This document shows positions 15,465 to 24,458 of a stretch of 32,000 bases of DNA, piece after piece. How positions within the stretch are numbered: the stretch's first letter is position 1; every line of letters starts with the position of its first letter. The stretch spans positions 2,006 through 34,005 of the forward strand of contig NZ_AUCJ01000010.1 of NCBI RefSeq assembly GCF_000429705.1, read 5' to 3'. The notes beneath the pieces were generated by a model. That model was given only the letters and a program-made list of their open reading frames with translations. It did not search any database and was not told where the DNA came from. Source of the DNA: Alteribacter aurantiacus DSM 18675 (GTDB taxonomy: Bacteria > Bacillota > Bacilli > Bacillales > Salisediminibacteriaceae). The position numbers and the translations under genes are program-made.

Positions 15465-16034
15465 ATGAATTACAACATTCGTGGTGAAAACGTAGAGGTG
15501 ACTCCCGCACTAAGGGAATACGTAGAAAAAAAGGTAGGCAAACTTGAACGATATTTTGATCAGACTCCATCATCAGATGTACACGTAAAACTCCAAGTTC
15601 TCAACAATGACCAACGTGTCGAGGTAACGATTCCAATGCCAAAGCTCTTGCTTCGTGCAGAGGAAACTCACAATGACATGTACGCGGCTATTGACCTCGT
15701 TCTTGAAAAACTCGAGCGTCAAATCCGTAAGCATAAAACAAAAGTAAACCGCAAGTTCCGACAAGACGACAGCTTGAAGTACATGTTCAAAAATGAACTC
15801 GAGCCAACTCTTGGAGAAAACCCAGTACCAGATGAGCCGCAATTTGAAGATGACGATATTGATATTGTCCGTACAAAGCGTTTTGATTTGAAGCCGATGG
15901 ACGCTGAAGAGGCCGTTCTTCAGATGGACATGCTTGGACACAATTTCTTCGTATTCTCAAACTCTGTAAACGGCGGTACCAATGTTGTATACAAACGTAA
16001 AGACGGAAAGTACGGCCTGATTGAAGCAGAATAA
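15465..16034 (+). CDS. hpf: Ribosome hibernation-promoting factor (long HPF, YvyD)
   Basis: MNYNIRGENVEVTPALREYVEKKVGKLERYF, plus the C-terminal dimerisation domain (RFDLKPMDAEEAVLQMDMLGHNFFVF). GAAAGGAGG lies 8 nt upstream of the ATG at 15465. The gene sits immediately upstream of secA, as in B. subtilis. Confidence 0.92.
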   Translation: MNYNIRGENVEVTPALREYVEKKVGKLERYFDQTPSSDVHVKLQVLNNDQRVEVTIPMPKLLLRAEETHNDMYAAIDLVLEKLERQIRKHKTKVNRKFRQDDSLKYMFKNELEPTLGENPVPDEPQFEDDDIDIVRTKRFDLKPMDAEEAVLQMDMLGHNFFVFSNSVNGGTNVVYKRKDGKYGLIEAE

Positions 16035-16065
16035 TCAGGATTGACTCTTTAAAATAAATAAATCG

Positions 16066-16104
16066 AAAGCCGGCGTCCTTGATTGATCGGGACGTCGGCT
16101 TTTT
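16066..16104 (+). terminator. Rho-independent terminator of hpf
   Basis: AAAGCCGGCGTCC pairs with GGACGTCGGCTTT and is followed by a T-run. Confidence 0.8.
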
Positions 16105-16117
16105 CACGTCTTTTAGA

Positions 16118-16134
16118 GGGGACCTATGTGAAAG
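16118..16134. repeat. Truncated copy of the variant-arm REP-like element
   Basis: GGGGACCTATGTGAAAG matches the right half of 7219-7240 (GGGGTCTGACCCTATGTGAAAG), but with an internal deletion. Confidence 0.45.
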
Positions 16135-16323
16135 AATGAGACTACTAAAAAAGCAGCACACGACTTTTTAAGTGGTTAAATTAAGTGGTTAAATTGAATG
16201 CGAATGTCTCCACTCGGATACAAGCATGTTTTGAGAAACCAACTTGTATCAGTCTTTTAAAAGTAGGGTGTTTTCGTATAGATTGTTGCTTTTTATTATT
16301 TTCTTCATCACTTAGAATTTTTG

Positions 16324-16482
16324 TTGAAGCATACGGGCCCTTCGCTTTCCGTGGCGGTGCTAGCAAGCCGGTAGAAATATCCTGCTTCTTCCTCTGCAAG
16401 TAACGCTTCGTAGTGATCTGCGTCGAAGCAACTCGCAGAAAACTCACGATGCAAACAGTAGTCTCGAGCCCTTCTGCTTCAA
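16324..16482. repeat. MITE-like long-hairpin repeat element, copy B (inverted relative to copy A)
   Basis: The ends are TTGAAGCA...GGGC and GCCC...TGCTTCAA. The internal block at 16340-16369 is the reverse complement of 109-138 with 27/30 identity. ORF-track peptides ...LPAPPRKAK... (46-321) and ...LAPPRKAK... (16181-16606) are the same repeat translated. Confidence 0.6.
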
Positions 16483-16599
16483 TTTTTCTTGTATAAAAGC
16501 AACAATACTTCCGAAAATAGCTTAAAAGTAATAATCGTTTCACACATAGCTTTAAAAGCACTGAAAAAAGTAAAGATTGAACTTTTCCAATGCATTTGG

Positions 16600-16629
16600 A
16601 AAACATTTTCTGGGGTCTGACCCTCTGTT
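16600..16629. repeat. REP-like palindrome, degenerate copy
   Basis: AAAACATTTTCTGGGG-TCTGA-CCCTCTGTT. The core and the AAAACATTTT flank (reverse complement of the 6289-6298 flank) are retained; the arms are decayed. Confidence 0.6.
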
Positions 16630-16665
16630 ACTCCTTTCACAATCCTGGTCTGTCGGGGGATCTTC

Positions 16666-16694
16666 TTGTAAGGGGTCTTGGAAACTGATAAAAT
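16666..16694 (+). promoter_or_regulatory. Candidate SigA promoter of secA
   Basis: TTGTAA (16666-16671), a 17-nt spacer, then TAAAAT (16689-16694), about 95 nt upstream of the secA ATG. Confidence 0.45.
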
Positions 16695-16788
16695 GAATGA
16701 TAACTGTCAGAAGACTTGTACGATCAGAATCCTGACGATAACATCATGGGATATCCCATTGGAATATACGAAAAGGGAGCAATGTCCA

Positions 16789-19323
16789 ATGCTAGGCTTA
16801 CTGAAAAAAGTAATCGGTGATACTGATGCACGCCAAATTAAAAAGTGGCAGAAGACGGTTGACCAAATTGAAGAGCTCGGCGAAAGTATGAAAAAGCTTT
16901 CGGACGAGGATTTACGAAGAAAAACAGATGAATTTAAAAAGCGCCATCAAGAAGATGGTGAATCTCTCGATGACTTGTTACCAGAAGCATTTGCTGTAGT
17001 GCGCGAAGGATCTACCCGTGCCCTCGGTATGCGTCACTTCCGTGTGCAGCTCCTTGGAGGCGTATGTCTTCACCAAGGGGACATCGCTGAGATGAAAACC
17101 GGTGAAGGTAAAACGCTTGTGGCGACACTACCTGTTTATTTAAATGCGATTACTGGAAAAGGCGTTCACGTTGTAACGGTAAACGAATACCTTGCTCGCC
17201 GTGACTCCACAGAGATGGGTAAACTTTACGAGTTTCTTGGTCTTACGGTCGGTCTTAACGTAAACGGCATGAGTAAAGACGAAAAGCGTGAAGCATACCA
17301 ATGTGATGTCCTTTACGCAACAAACAACGAACTAGGCTTTGACTATCTTAGAGACAACATGGTTCTTTACAAGAAGCAGATGGTTCAACGTCCGCTGCAC
17401 TTTGCCATTGTCGATGAAGTGGACTCCATTTTAATTGATGAAGCCCGTACGCCGTTGATCATCTCTGGTTCTGCAGAGAAATCAACGCAGCTTTATACAG
17501 TAGCGAACTCCTTTGTGCGCATGCTTAAAGAGGAAGAAGACTACACGTACGATGAAAAAACAAAGAATGTACAAATGACGGATGACGGTGTTAGTAAAGC
17601 CGAACGTTCCTTTAACATCAATAACTTGTTTGATCAGTCTCACGTACAATTGAATCACCACATTAATCAAGCACTAAAGGCCCACGTTGTGATGAAACGT
17701 GATGAAGATTATGTGGTAGATGATGGTGACGTGGCGATTATCGACCAATTTACAGGTCGTATGATGAAGGGCCGCCGATACAGTGACGGTCTTCACCAAG
17801 CGATTGAAGCGAAGGAAGGCCTTGAAATCAAGCGGGAAAGCATGACGATGGCCTCCATTACGTTCCAGAACTACTTCCGTATGTACAATAAGCTTGCCGG
17901 TATGACTGGTACGGCGAAAACAGAGGAAGAAGAGTTCCGTAACATTTACAACATGAATGTCATTGCTATGCCTACAAACGAGCCGATCGCTCGTGAAGAC
18001 AAGTCTGATTTGATCTACAAGACGATGGACGCGAAGTACAAAGCGATTGTTGAAAAGATTAAAGAGCTACATGAAAAAGGACAGCCTGTTCTTGTGGGTA
18101 CCGTGAGCGTGGATACGTCTGAACTTATTTCACGTCTACTCACAAAGCGAGGCGTTCGACACAACGTATTGAACGCGAAAAACCACGCTCGAGAAGCGGA
18201 GATCATTGAGAATGCCGGTCAGCCAAAAGGTGTTACAATTGCCACCAACATGGCCGGTCGTGGTACGGACATTAAACTAGGTCAAGGTGTAAAAGAACTT
18301 GGGGGACTTTACGTACTCGGTACAGAACGCCACGAGTCTCGCCGTATCGACAACCAGCTTCGTGGACGTTCCGGTCGTCAAGGTGACCCAGGTATGTCTC
18401 AGTTTTACTTGTCCTTGGAAGACGTGTTGATGCGCCGATTTGGTAGTGAAAACATGCGTAACCTTATGGACAAAATCGGTCTTGAAGAGGATCAACCGAT
18501 TGAAAGTAAACTTGTATCCCGTGCTGTTGAGCAGGCGCAAAAACGAGTAGAAGGAAACAACTTCGATGCTCGTAAGCAGTTGCTTCAATATGACGATGTA
18601 ATGCGTGAGCAACGTGACATCATTTATGAACAACGAAACCAAGTACTTGATTCAGAGAACTTGCGTGAAGTTGTTGAAAAAATGATCGAATCCACAATTG
18701 AACGTAACGTTCAACTTTACACGCCGGCGGATGAGGTGCCTGAGGACTGGAACCTTCAAGGAATTGTCGATTACATTAACGCGACTGTGTTAAACGACAA
18801 TGAAATTGAACTGAAAGACCTAAAGCCTCTCGAGCCTGAAGAGATGGTTGAACTGATTGTAGATCGTGCAAAAGAAGAGTACGACAAGCGTGAAGCGGAG
18901 TTCACACCTGAACGTATGCGTGAATTTGAAAAAGTTATTCTCCTTCGTACGGTTGATTCGAAGTGGACAAGTCACATTGACCAAATGGATCAGCTTCGTC
19001 AAGGAATTCACCTACGTGCGTATGGACAAAACGATCCTCTTCGCGAATACAAATTTGAAGGGTTCGAGATGTTTGAACAAATGGTTGCTTCTATTGAAGA
19101 GAACGTCACGCGCTATGTGATGAATGCTCAAGTGGAAGCGAACCTTGAACGTAAGCCAGTGGCTGAAGGGAAACCGGTCCACCGAAGTGCAAGTAGCCCA
19201 ACCCAAAAAGAAAAGCAGAAAAAAGTTCCGTTCAAAAAGTCACCTGAAGTCGGACGTAATGATTCATGTCCTTGTGGATCGGGTAAAAAGTACAAGAACT
19301 GCTGTCAAAAAGAATTAGGATAA
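16789..19323 (+). CDS. secA: Preprotein translocase ATPase SecA
   Basis: N-terminus [11 protein letters not shown], Walker [28 protein letters not shown], and the C-terminal Zn finger [18 protein letters not shown] lies 9 nt before the ATG at 16789. The ORF-track start at 16678 is an extension. Confidence 0.95.
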   Translation: MLGLLKKVIGDTDARQIKKWQKTVDQIEELGESMKKLSDEDLRRKTDEFKKRHQEDGESLDDLLPEAFAVVREGSTRALGMRHFRVQLLGGVCLHQGDIAEMKTGEGKTLVATLPVYLNAITGKGVHVVTVNEYLARRDSTEMGKLYEFLGLTVGLNVNGMSKDEKREAYQCDVLYATNNELGFDYLRDNMVLYKKQMVQRPLHFAIVDEVDSILIDEARTPLIISGSAEKSTQLYTVANSFVRMLKEEEDYTYDEKTKNVQMTDDGVSKAERSFNINNLFDQSHVQLNHHINQALKAHVVMKRDEDYVVDDGDVAIIDQFTGRMMKGRRYSDGLHQAIEAKEGLEIKRESMTMASITFQNYFRMYNKLAGMTGTAKTEEEEFRNIYNMNVIAMPTNEPIAREDKSDLIYKTMDAKYKAIVEKIKELHEKGQPVLVGTVSVDTSELISRLLTKRGVRHNVLNAKNHAREAEIIENAGQPKGVTIATNMAGRGTDIKLGQGVKELGGLYVLGTERHESRRIDNQLRGRSGRQGDPGMSQFYLSLEDVLMRRFGSENMRNLMDKIGLEEDQPIESKLVSRAVEQAQKRVEGNNFDARKQLLQYDDVMREQRDIIYEQRNQVLDSENLREVVEKMIESTIERNVQLYTPADEVPEDWNLQGIVDYINATVLNDNEIELKDLKPLEPEEMVELIVDRAKEEYDKREAEFTPERMREFEKVILLRTVDSKWTSHIDQMDQLRQGIHLRAYGQNDPLREYKFEGFEMFEQMVASIEENVTRYVMNAQVEANLERKPVAEGKPVHRSASSPTQKEKQKKVPFKKSPEVGRNDSCPCGSGKKYKNCCQKELG

Positions 19324-19393
19324 GAAAGTAGTCCTTTTCTCTACGCTTTAAATAGAAACCCATCAATGGTAACAAACCAAAGCAATAAAAATA

Positions 19394-19428
19394 AGGCAGC
19401 CGGTGCTCACAATGATCACCGGCTGCCT
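19394..19428 (+). other. Perfect 12-bp stem-loop between secA and prfB (no U-tract)
   Basis: AGGCAGCCGGTG (19394-19405) pairs with CACCGGCTGCCT (19417-19428). It is followed by ATACTAA, so it is more likely an RNA-processing or stability element, or a leaky terminator, within a secA-prfB transcript. Confidence 0.5.
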
Positions 19429-19449
19429 ATACTAATGAGGTGTTCGTAC

Positions 19450-20554
19450 ATGGAAATGTCAGATATCAGAAACGAACTTTCAACTATGGCTAAGCGATTA
19501 GCGGACTTCAGGGGGTCTCTTTGACCTGGAAAACAAAGAGACTCGCGTAGCCGAACTTGACGAACTTATGTCTGAGCCAGGCTTTTGGGATAGTCAAAAT
19601 GAAGCCCAAAAAGTGATTGATGAAAGTAACCAGCTTAAAGAAGGTGTAGAAACATACCGGAAGCTGGAAGGGATATTTGAAGATCTTGAAGTATCCTATG
19701 AGCTGGTAAAAGAAGAAGGCGACGATGAGTTGTTGGATGACTTGGTAGATGGGGTAAAAGATCTTGGTGAAAAATTGAACCAATTCGAACTTCAACTTCT
19801 ATTAAGTGAACCTTACGACAAGAACAACGCCATTCTGGAATTGCACCCGGGTGCAGGGGGGACCGAATCTCAAGACTGGGCTTCTATGCTCCTTCGTATG
19901 TACACCCGTTGGGCAGAAGGAAATGGATTCAAGGTTGAAACGATGGACTACCTCCCAGGTGAGGAAGCTGGTGTGAAAAGCGTGACCCTTTTAATTAAAG
20001 GTCATAACGCATATGGTTACCTGAAAGCTGAAAAAGGTGTCCACCGTTTAGTCCGTATTTCTCCATTCGATTCATCGGGACGCCGTCACACGTCGTTTGT
20101 ATCCTGTGATGTTGTACCGGAATTAAATGATGATGTAAGTGAAGTAAGCGTGAGCCCAGACGAATTAAAGATCGATACGTATCGTGCTAGTGGTGCCGGT
20201 GGTCAGCATATTAACACAACGGACTCGGCTGTAAGGATTACGCACTTGCCGACGAATACCGTCGTAACGTGTCAATCGGAACGTTCGCAAATCAAGAACC
20301 GGGACCAGGCGATGAAAATGCTTAAAGGGAAATTGTTGCAGTTGAAGATTGAGCAGCAACAAAAAGAACTCGATGAAATTCGTGGTGAACAATCGGATAT
20401 CGGCTGGGGAAGCCAAATCCGTTCATACGTGTTCCACCCGTATAACATGGTGAAAGATCACCGTACGAACCATGAAACCGGAAATACCCAAGCGGTAATG
20501 GATGGAGATCTTGGTACGTTCATCGATGCTTATTTGCGTTCGAAAATCGATTAA
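19450..20554 (+). CDS. prfB: Peptide chain release factor 2, join(19450..19521,19523..20554) with programmed +1 frameshift
   Basis: Frame 0 reads [24 protein letters not shown] and then hits an in-frame TGA at 19522-19524. Skipping T19522 continues as [23 protein letters not shown]... in the frame of ORF 19568-20554. The SPF and GGQ motifs are present. Confidence 0.93.
19510..19525 (+). promoter_or_regulatory. prfB autoregulatory frameshift site
   Basis: AGGGGG (internal SD-like) - TCT - CTT TGA C: the canonical CUU UGA C slippery/stop context with an SD-like element 3 nt upstream. Confidence 0.9.
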
Positions 20555-20567
20555 TCACATTCTCATG

Positions 20568-20603
20568 CGACCTTGGAAGACTCGATCTTCCGAGGTCGTT
20601 TTT
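20568..20603 (+). terminator. Rho-independent terminator of prfB
   Basis: CGACCTTGGAAGA pairs with TCTTCCGAGGTCG (one G-T pair) and is followed by TTTTT. Confidence 0.8.
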
Positions 20604-20677
20604 GTATGCTGTTTTACCATGTGCTGAGACTTTGACATTCATTTAATGCGCCTCGTTAAAGCGTCACCGCAGTCTCG

Positions 20678-20706
20678 TTTACAGCCTTTGGAACCGGTGA
20701 TATACT
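20678..20706 (+). promoter_or_regulatory. Candidate SigA promoter with a ~125-nt leader before the yitT-like gene
   Basis: TTTACA (20678-20683), a 17-nt spacer, then TATACT (20701-20706). Confidence 0.5.
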
Positions 20707-20841
20707 ACTTGAGTCTTTGCTTGATACATGGTTCACAAATGGTGTGGATACGGAAGTCGGGCTCAGTGAAAGCTAAATGACATACATACTTTCCTCTTTT
20801 AAAGTCATGATAGCTCAATTTATTAGAAACAGGTGAACACA

Positions 20842-21738
20842 ATGATGAAAGCCATGAAACGGAGAAAAGATCAGCAGCCTATGAATCCAATTAGCAGAAT
20901 TCTTTATGAATTCGCGCACGTGCTTGTTGGATCGGCGATTGTAGCAATTAGCTTTAACATTTTTCTACTACCAAACCGTATCGCTTCTGGTGGGGTAGCA
21001 GGTATCTCCACCTTGGTAGAAGCGACATTCGGTTTTGAACCGGCATTTACACAGTGGGCTTTTAACATTCCTTTATTTATAGCGGGTGTACTTCTATTGG
21101 GCGGAAGTATTACCGGAAGTTTACTTTATGGCCTCAAGACATTAACTGGAACGATTTTTTTACCCGCAGTCGTCTTGATGACAAGACACTGGGAGCCAGC
21201 AACACTAGATCCCCTTTTAGCAGCGATTTTTGGTGGAATCGGTGTGGGTCTTGGCTTGGGAATCGTGTTCAGATCGAATTCTTCAACCGGAGGGACTGAT
21301 CTTGCGGCACAAATTGTCAATAAGTACACAGGCTTGACCCTTGGAGCATGTGTGTTTTTGATGGATGGTCTCGTTGTTTTGTCTGCTGCCGTTGTATTTG
21401 GTTTTGAATTTGCTTTATATGCGTTAATCGGTTTATTTGCCACAGGGAAAACGATTGACCTTGTTCAAACGGGCATCGGATATTCAAAAATGGCGATTAT
21501 TATTTCCGATTACGAAGAAGAAGTGCGTCAAGGTCTTCTCACTCAAGTGGACCGGGGAGTGACAAAACTCCATGGATACGGTGGTTATACGAACCATGAG
21601 CGCCCGGTTTTGATGTGTGTGGTGGGACGTAACGAAGTCACAAAATTGAAACAAACGGTTCAAACCATTGACCCCCATGCATTTGTGATTGTAAGCAATG
21701 CGTCGGAGGTACTTGGGGAGGGTTTCAATAAGGGGTAA
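20842..21738 (+). CDS. YitT-family membrane protein (DUF2179; yvjA-like by position)
   Basis: Multi-TM N-terminal part (FNIFLLPNRIASGGVAGISTLV) and a C-terminal DUF2179-like domain (VTKLHGYGGYTN...VVGRNEVTKLKQTV). The ATG at 20842 follows AGGTGA. It occupies the same position as yvjA in B. subtilis. Confidence 0.8.
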   Translation: MMKAMKRRKDQQPMNPISRILYEFAHVLVGSAIVAISFNIFLLPNRIASGGVAGISTLVEATFGFEPAFTQWAFNIPLFIAGVLLLGGSITGSLLYGLKTLTGTIFLPAVVLMTRHWEPATLDPLLAAIFGGIGVGLGLGIVFRSNSSTGGTDLAAQIVNKYTGLTLGACVFLMDGLVVLSAAVVFGFEFALYALIGLFATGKTIDLVQTGIGYSKMAIIISDYEEEVRQGLLTQVDRGVTKLHGYGGYTNHERPVLMCVVGRNEVTKLKQTVQTIDPHAFVIVSNASEVLGEGFNKG

Positions 21739-21811
21739 TTCGGTTATAATATCTAGGAAGGTTATCTAGAAAAACCTACCATATTACATTCAGCAGAGCA
21801 GGAGGGTTTAC

Positions 21812-22177
21812 ATGAAGAAATGGCTTATTGCAACATTAGGTGCTGTCATGGTTCTATCAGCATGTGGTGGCGGAGATGACGACACGACACCGGTAGATGA
21901 GGGCGGAGACGACGATGTAGAAGAAGTTGAAGAAGATGATACAGAAGAAACAGCAGGAGATGGAGAGTATGACCTTGCTGCTGGAGAAGAAGTGTACGAG
22001 CAGAACTGTTTATCCTGTCATGGGCAAAACGGTGAAGGTGCATCCGGGCCAGGAATTGCAGGAATGGATATTGATTCTGTAAGAACGGCCATTGAAGAAG
22101 GTCCAGGTAGCATGCCAGATGGACTTGTAGATGGTGACGAAGCAGATAACGTATCTGCATGGGTTGCCGATCAATAA
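21812..22177 (+). CDS. cccB: Membrane-anchored lipoprotein cytochrome c551
   Basis: Lipobox LSAC-GG, haem-binding CLSCH, distal Met region GSMPDG, 121 aa. It lies just upstream of ftsE, as cccB does in B. subtilis. The linker after the lipobox is very acidic. Confidence 0.85.
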   Translation: MKKWLIATLGAVMVLSACGGGDDDTTPVDEGGDDDVEEVEEDDTEETAGDGEYDLAAGEEVYEQNCLSCHGQNGEGASGPGIAGMDIDSVRTAIEEGPGSMPDGLVDGDEADNVSAWVADQ

Positions 22178-22185
22178 AACATAAC

Positions 22186-22217
22186 AAAAACAGCTGATTC
22201 CCTCAGCTGTTTTTTGT
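22186..22217 (+). terminator. Rho-independent terminator of cccB
   Basis: AACAGCTGA pairs with TCAGCTGTT and is followed by TTTTTG. Confidence 0.8.
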
Positions 22218-22658
22218 TTGAGCAAAATGAACGGTCGGCGTGATTTCAACTTACACGAAGTTCACTTATTACCTAAAAATACCTTAAAAACATCCTCTTA
22301 TACCTAGTTATTTTGAATTGTTTTTAAGAAAGTTCGGAAAGGTCTTTCTTATTGAAAAGATCTTACGTATACTCAACACCGTTGTAAAAAAACAAGAGAG
22401 GAGGCACTAGGTCTTATTCATATGAATATCTCATATGACGGTTTACGACAGGATTTGAAACAAAACTGTAACCTAAATTAACTTAAAAGTGATAATTAAG
22501 ATGATATAATGTTTAATTGTAGAACTAGAACGATTTTTGACTAAAGTTTTGAATATGACAATAAATTCACAAATAATTCGACACTATTATACAGGGCTAC
22601 TAAATGAAGACGAGCTTGTCTGACACCATAGAGAATTTTTAATCTGGGAAGTGATATT

Positions 22659-23345
22659 TTGATTACGATGAAAGAAGTGTGGAAGACCTATCCTAACGGC
22701 GTGATGGCCATTAATGGCATTGACATACATATCGACAAAAGTGAATTTGTTTATGTAGTTGGACCGAGTGGTGCGGGTAAATCCACTTTTATTAAACTGA
22801 TGTACAGAGAAGAAAAGCCGACACGCGGCACAATCAAGATCGGTGATGAAGAACTTTCGAAAATAAAAGAGCGGCACATACCGCTCCTAAGAAGAAAGAT
22901 CGGCGTGGTCTTTCAAGATTTCAAGCTTCTTCCCTCCCTTAGCGTGTATGAAAATGTTGCATTTGCACTTGAAGTTATTGAAGAAAGCAAGGCGAATATT
23001 CGCAAACGTGTGATGCAAGTTCTCGATATTGTTCGTCTTAAAAACAAAGCACGATTTCTTCCTCACGAACTCTCAGGAGGGGAACAACAGCGTGTTGCGA
23101 TTGCAAGGGCGATTGTGAACAACCCATCTGTTTTAATTGCTGATGAGCCTACGGGAAACCTCGATCCGGAAACTTCTTGGGAAATCATGAAAATTCTCGA
23201 AGAAATCAATGATCGTGGAACCACTATAGTCATGGCTACCCACAATAAAGAAATTGTAAACACCATGCGAAAACGAGTCATTGCCATTGAAGGCGGACGA
23301 GTTGCTCGTGACGATGCAAAGGGGGGCTACGGTTATGAAAGGTAG
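22659..23345 (+). CDS. ftsE: Cell-division ABC transporter ATP-binding protein FtsE
   Basis: TTG start giving MITMKEVWKTYPNG (compare B. subtilis MIEMKEV...). Walker A GPSGAGKST, signature LSGGEQQR, Walker B LIADEPT. Confidence 0.92.
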   Translation: MITMKEVWKTYPNGVMAINGIDIHIDKSEFVYVVGPSGAGKSTFIKLMYREEKPTRGTIKIGDEELSKIKERHIPLLRRKIGVVFQDFKLLPSLSVYENVAFALEVIEESKANIRKRVMQVLDIVRLKNKARFLPHELSGGEQQRVAIARAIVNNPSVLIADEPTGNLDPETSWEIMKILEEINDRGTTIVMATHNKEIVNTMRKRVIAIEGGRVARDDAKGGYGYER

Positions 23346-24228
23346 AACCCTTGGCCGTCATGTAAAAGAAGGCGGAAAGAACTTAGTAAGAAACGGTTGG
23401 ATGACGTTTGCGTCTATTAGTGCTGTAACGATCATGCTTTTCGTAGTAGGGGCATTCTTACTTCTCATCATGAATATTAACGAATTTGCGGATTCTTTGG
23501 AAGATGATGTAGAAGTACGGGTCTTTATTGATCTGACAGCCGACGAAGAAAATCAGTCGGAACTGGAGACGGAGATCCAAGATATTGATATGGTTCAGAC
23601 GGTCGACTTTGTAGCGAAAGAAGACGGTTTAGAGAGCCTTATTACAAGCTTCGGTGATCAAGGGACTTACCTTGAATCGTTAAGAGAAGAGAACCCGTTG
23701 AATGACGTGTTTGTTGTGCAAGCGCAAGACCCTCAACAAACACAGGTACTTGCAGAAGAGATTCAGACCTTGAGTTACGTGGATGACGTAGAGTACGGGG
23801 CTGATATTGTAGAGCAATTGTTCTCAGTGACGAACATTATGCGATATGCAGGCATTGTCCTAATTGTAGGATTAATGTTCACAGCCATGTTCCTCATTGC
23901 GAATACAATTAAAATTACCATTATTGCAAGAAAAAGAGAAATACAGATTATGAAATTAGTAGGAGCTACAAACGGATTTATCCGTTGGCCGTTCTTTGTG
24001 GAAGGCCTACTGCTCGGTGTCTTAGGTGCAATCATCCCGATCAGTGCTTTAAGTTACGGCTACGTAAAGCTAGTGGAAGTTGTACAAGGTACACCAGAAC
24101 TTTCTTTCCTGACCATGACCCCACCTAATCCGCTAATTCTACAAATGGGCGGTTTGCTTCTTGGGATCGGAGCTTTCATTGGGATATGGGGAAGCATGAT
24201 GAGCGTACGTAAGTTCCTTAAAGTTTAG
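23335..24228 (+). CDS. ftsX: Cell-division ABC transporter permease-like protein FtsX
   Basis: The ATG at 23335 (MKGRTLGRHVKEGGKNLVRNGWMTFASI) overlaps the ftsE 3' end by 11 nt and follows AAGGGGGG. It has a large extracellular loop and 4 TM segments. Confidence 0.9.
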   Translation: MKGRTLGRHVKEGGKNLVRNGWMTFASISAVTIMLFVVGAFLLLIMNINEFADSLEDDVEVRVFIDLTADEENQSELETEIQDIDMVQTVDFVAKEDGLESLITSFGDQGTYLESLREENPLNDVFVVQAQDPQQTQVLAEEIQTLSYVDDVEYGADIVEQLFSVTNIMRYAGIVLIVGLMFTAMFLIANTIKITIIARKREIQIMKLVGATNGFIRWPFFVEGLLLGVLGAIIPISALSYGYVKLVEVVQGTPELSFLTMTPPNPLILQMGGLLLGIGAFIGIWGSMMSVRKFLKV

Positions 24229-24280
24229 CAAAGGCTACTTTTTAGCTAACTGGTCTTACTTTAAAAAAAGAAATGAAGCC

Positions 24281-24325
24281 GCGTGCTTAAAACTTCTGTG
24301 GCAACCACGGAAAGTTTGGGCGCGC
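24281..24325 (+). other. Long imperfect hairpin downstream of ftsX without a U-tract
   Basis: GCGTGC..AAAACTTCTGTGG-CAA-CCACGGAAAGTTT..GGGCGCGC, with about 16 paired positions. Confidence 0.4.
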
Positions 24326-24458
24326 AGGGTTCAATCATTTCCTTGTATTTGATAGAAAATTGATGAAATGAAGTTTAATAGAGTAAAAGAAACAGAAAAT
24401 TATTGTCTATTTCCGTGGAAATAAAACGAGATAGCAGGGTTGAGGGGGAGTTTTTTCG

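Noticed and set aside
6263-16629. Considered whether the recurring palindromes could be a CRISPR array
   Set aside because: Copies are separated by hundreds to thousands of bp containing whole genes. Spacing is irregular, orientation varies, and no cas genes are present. This is a dispersed repeat family, not an array.
237-16788. Longer N-terminal extensions offered by the ORF track for the ROK kinase (237), thioesterase (1183), protease (6373), csp (14539), hpf (15423) and secA (16678)
   Set aside because: In each case a downstream start has a proper SD at 6-11 nt and yields the conserved family N-terminus. The extensions run through promoter or repeat DNA.
22218-22658. 440-bp AT-rich region upstream of ftsE: a 14-nt perfect palindrome TATTCATATGAATA (22414-22427), a TATAAT at 22506-22511, and a 19-codon ORF
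   Set aside because: I could not pair the -10 with a properly spaced -35. The mini-ORF start is 17 nt from its SD-like sequence. Short AT palindromes are expected by chance in such AT-rich DNA, so support is insufficient for a call.
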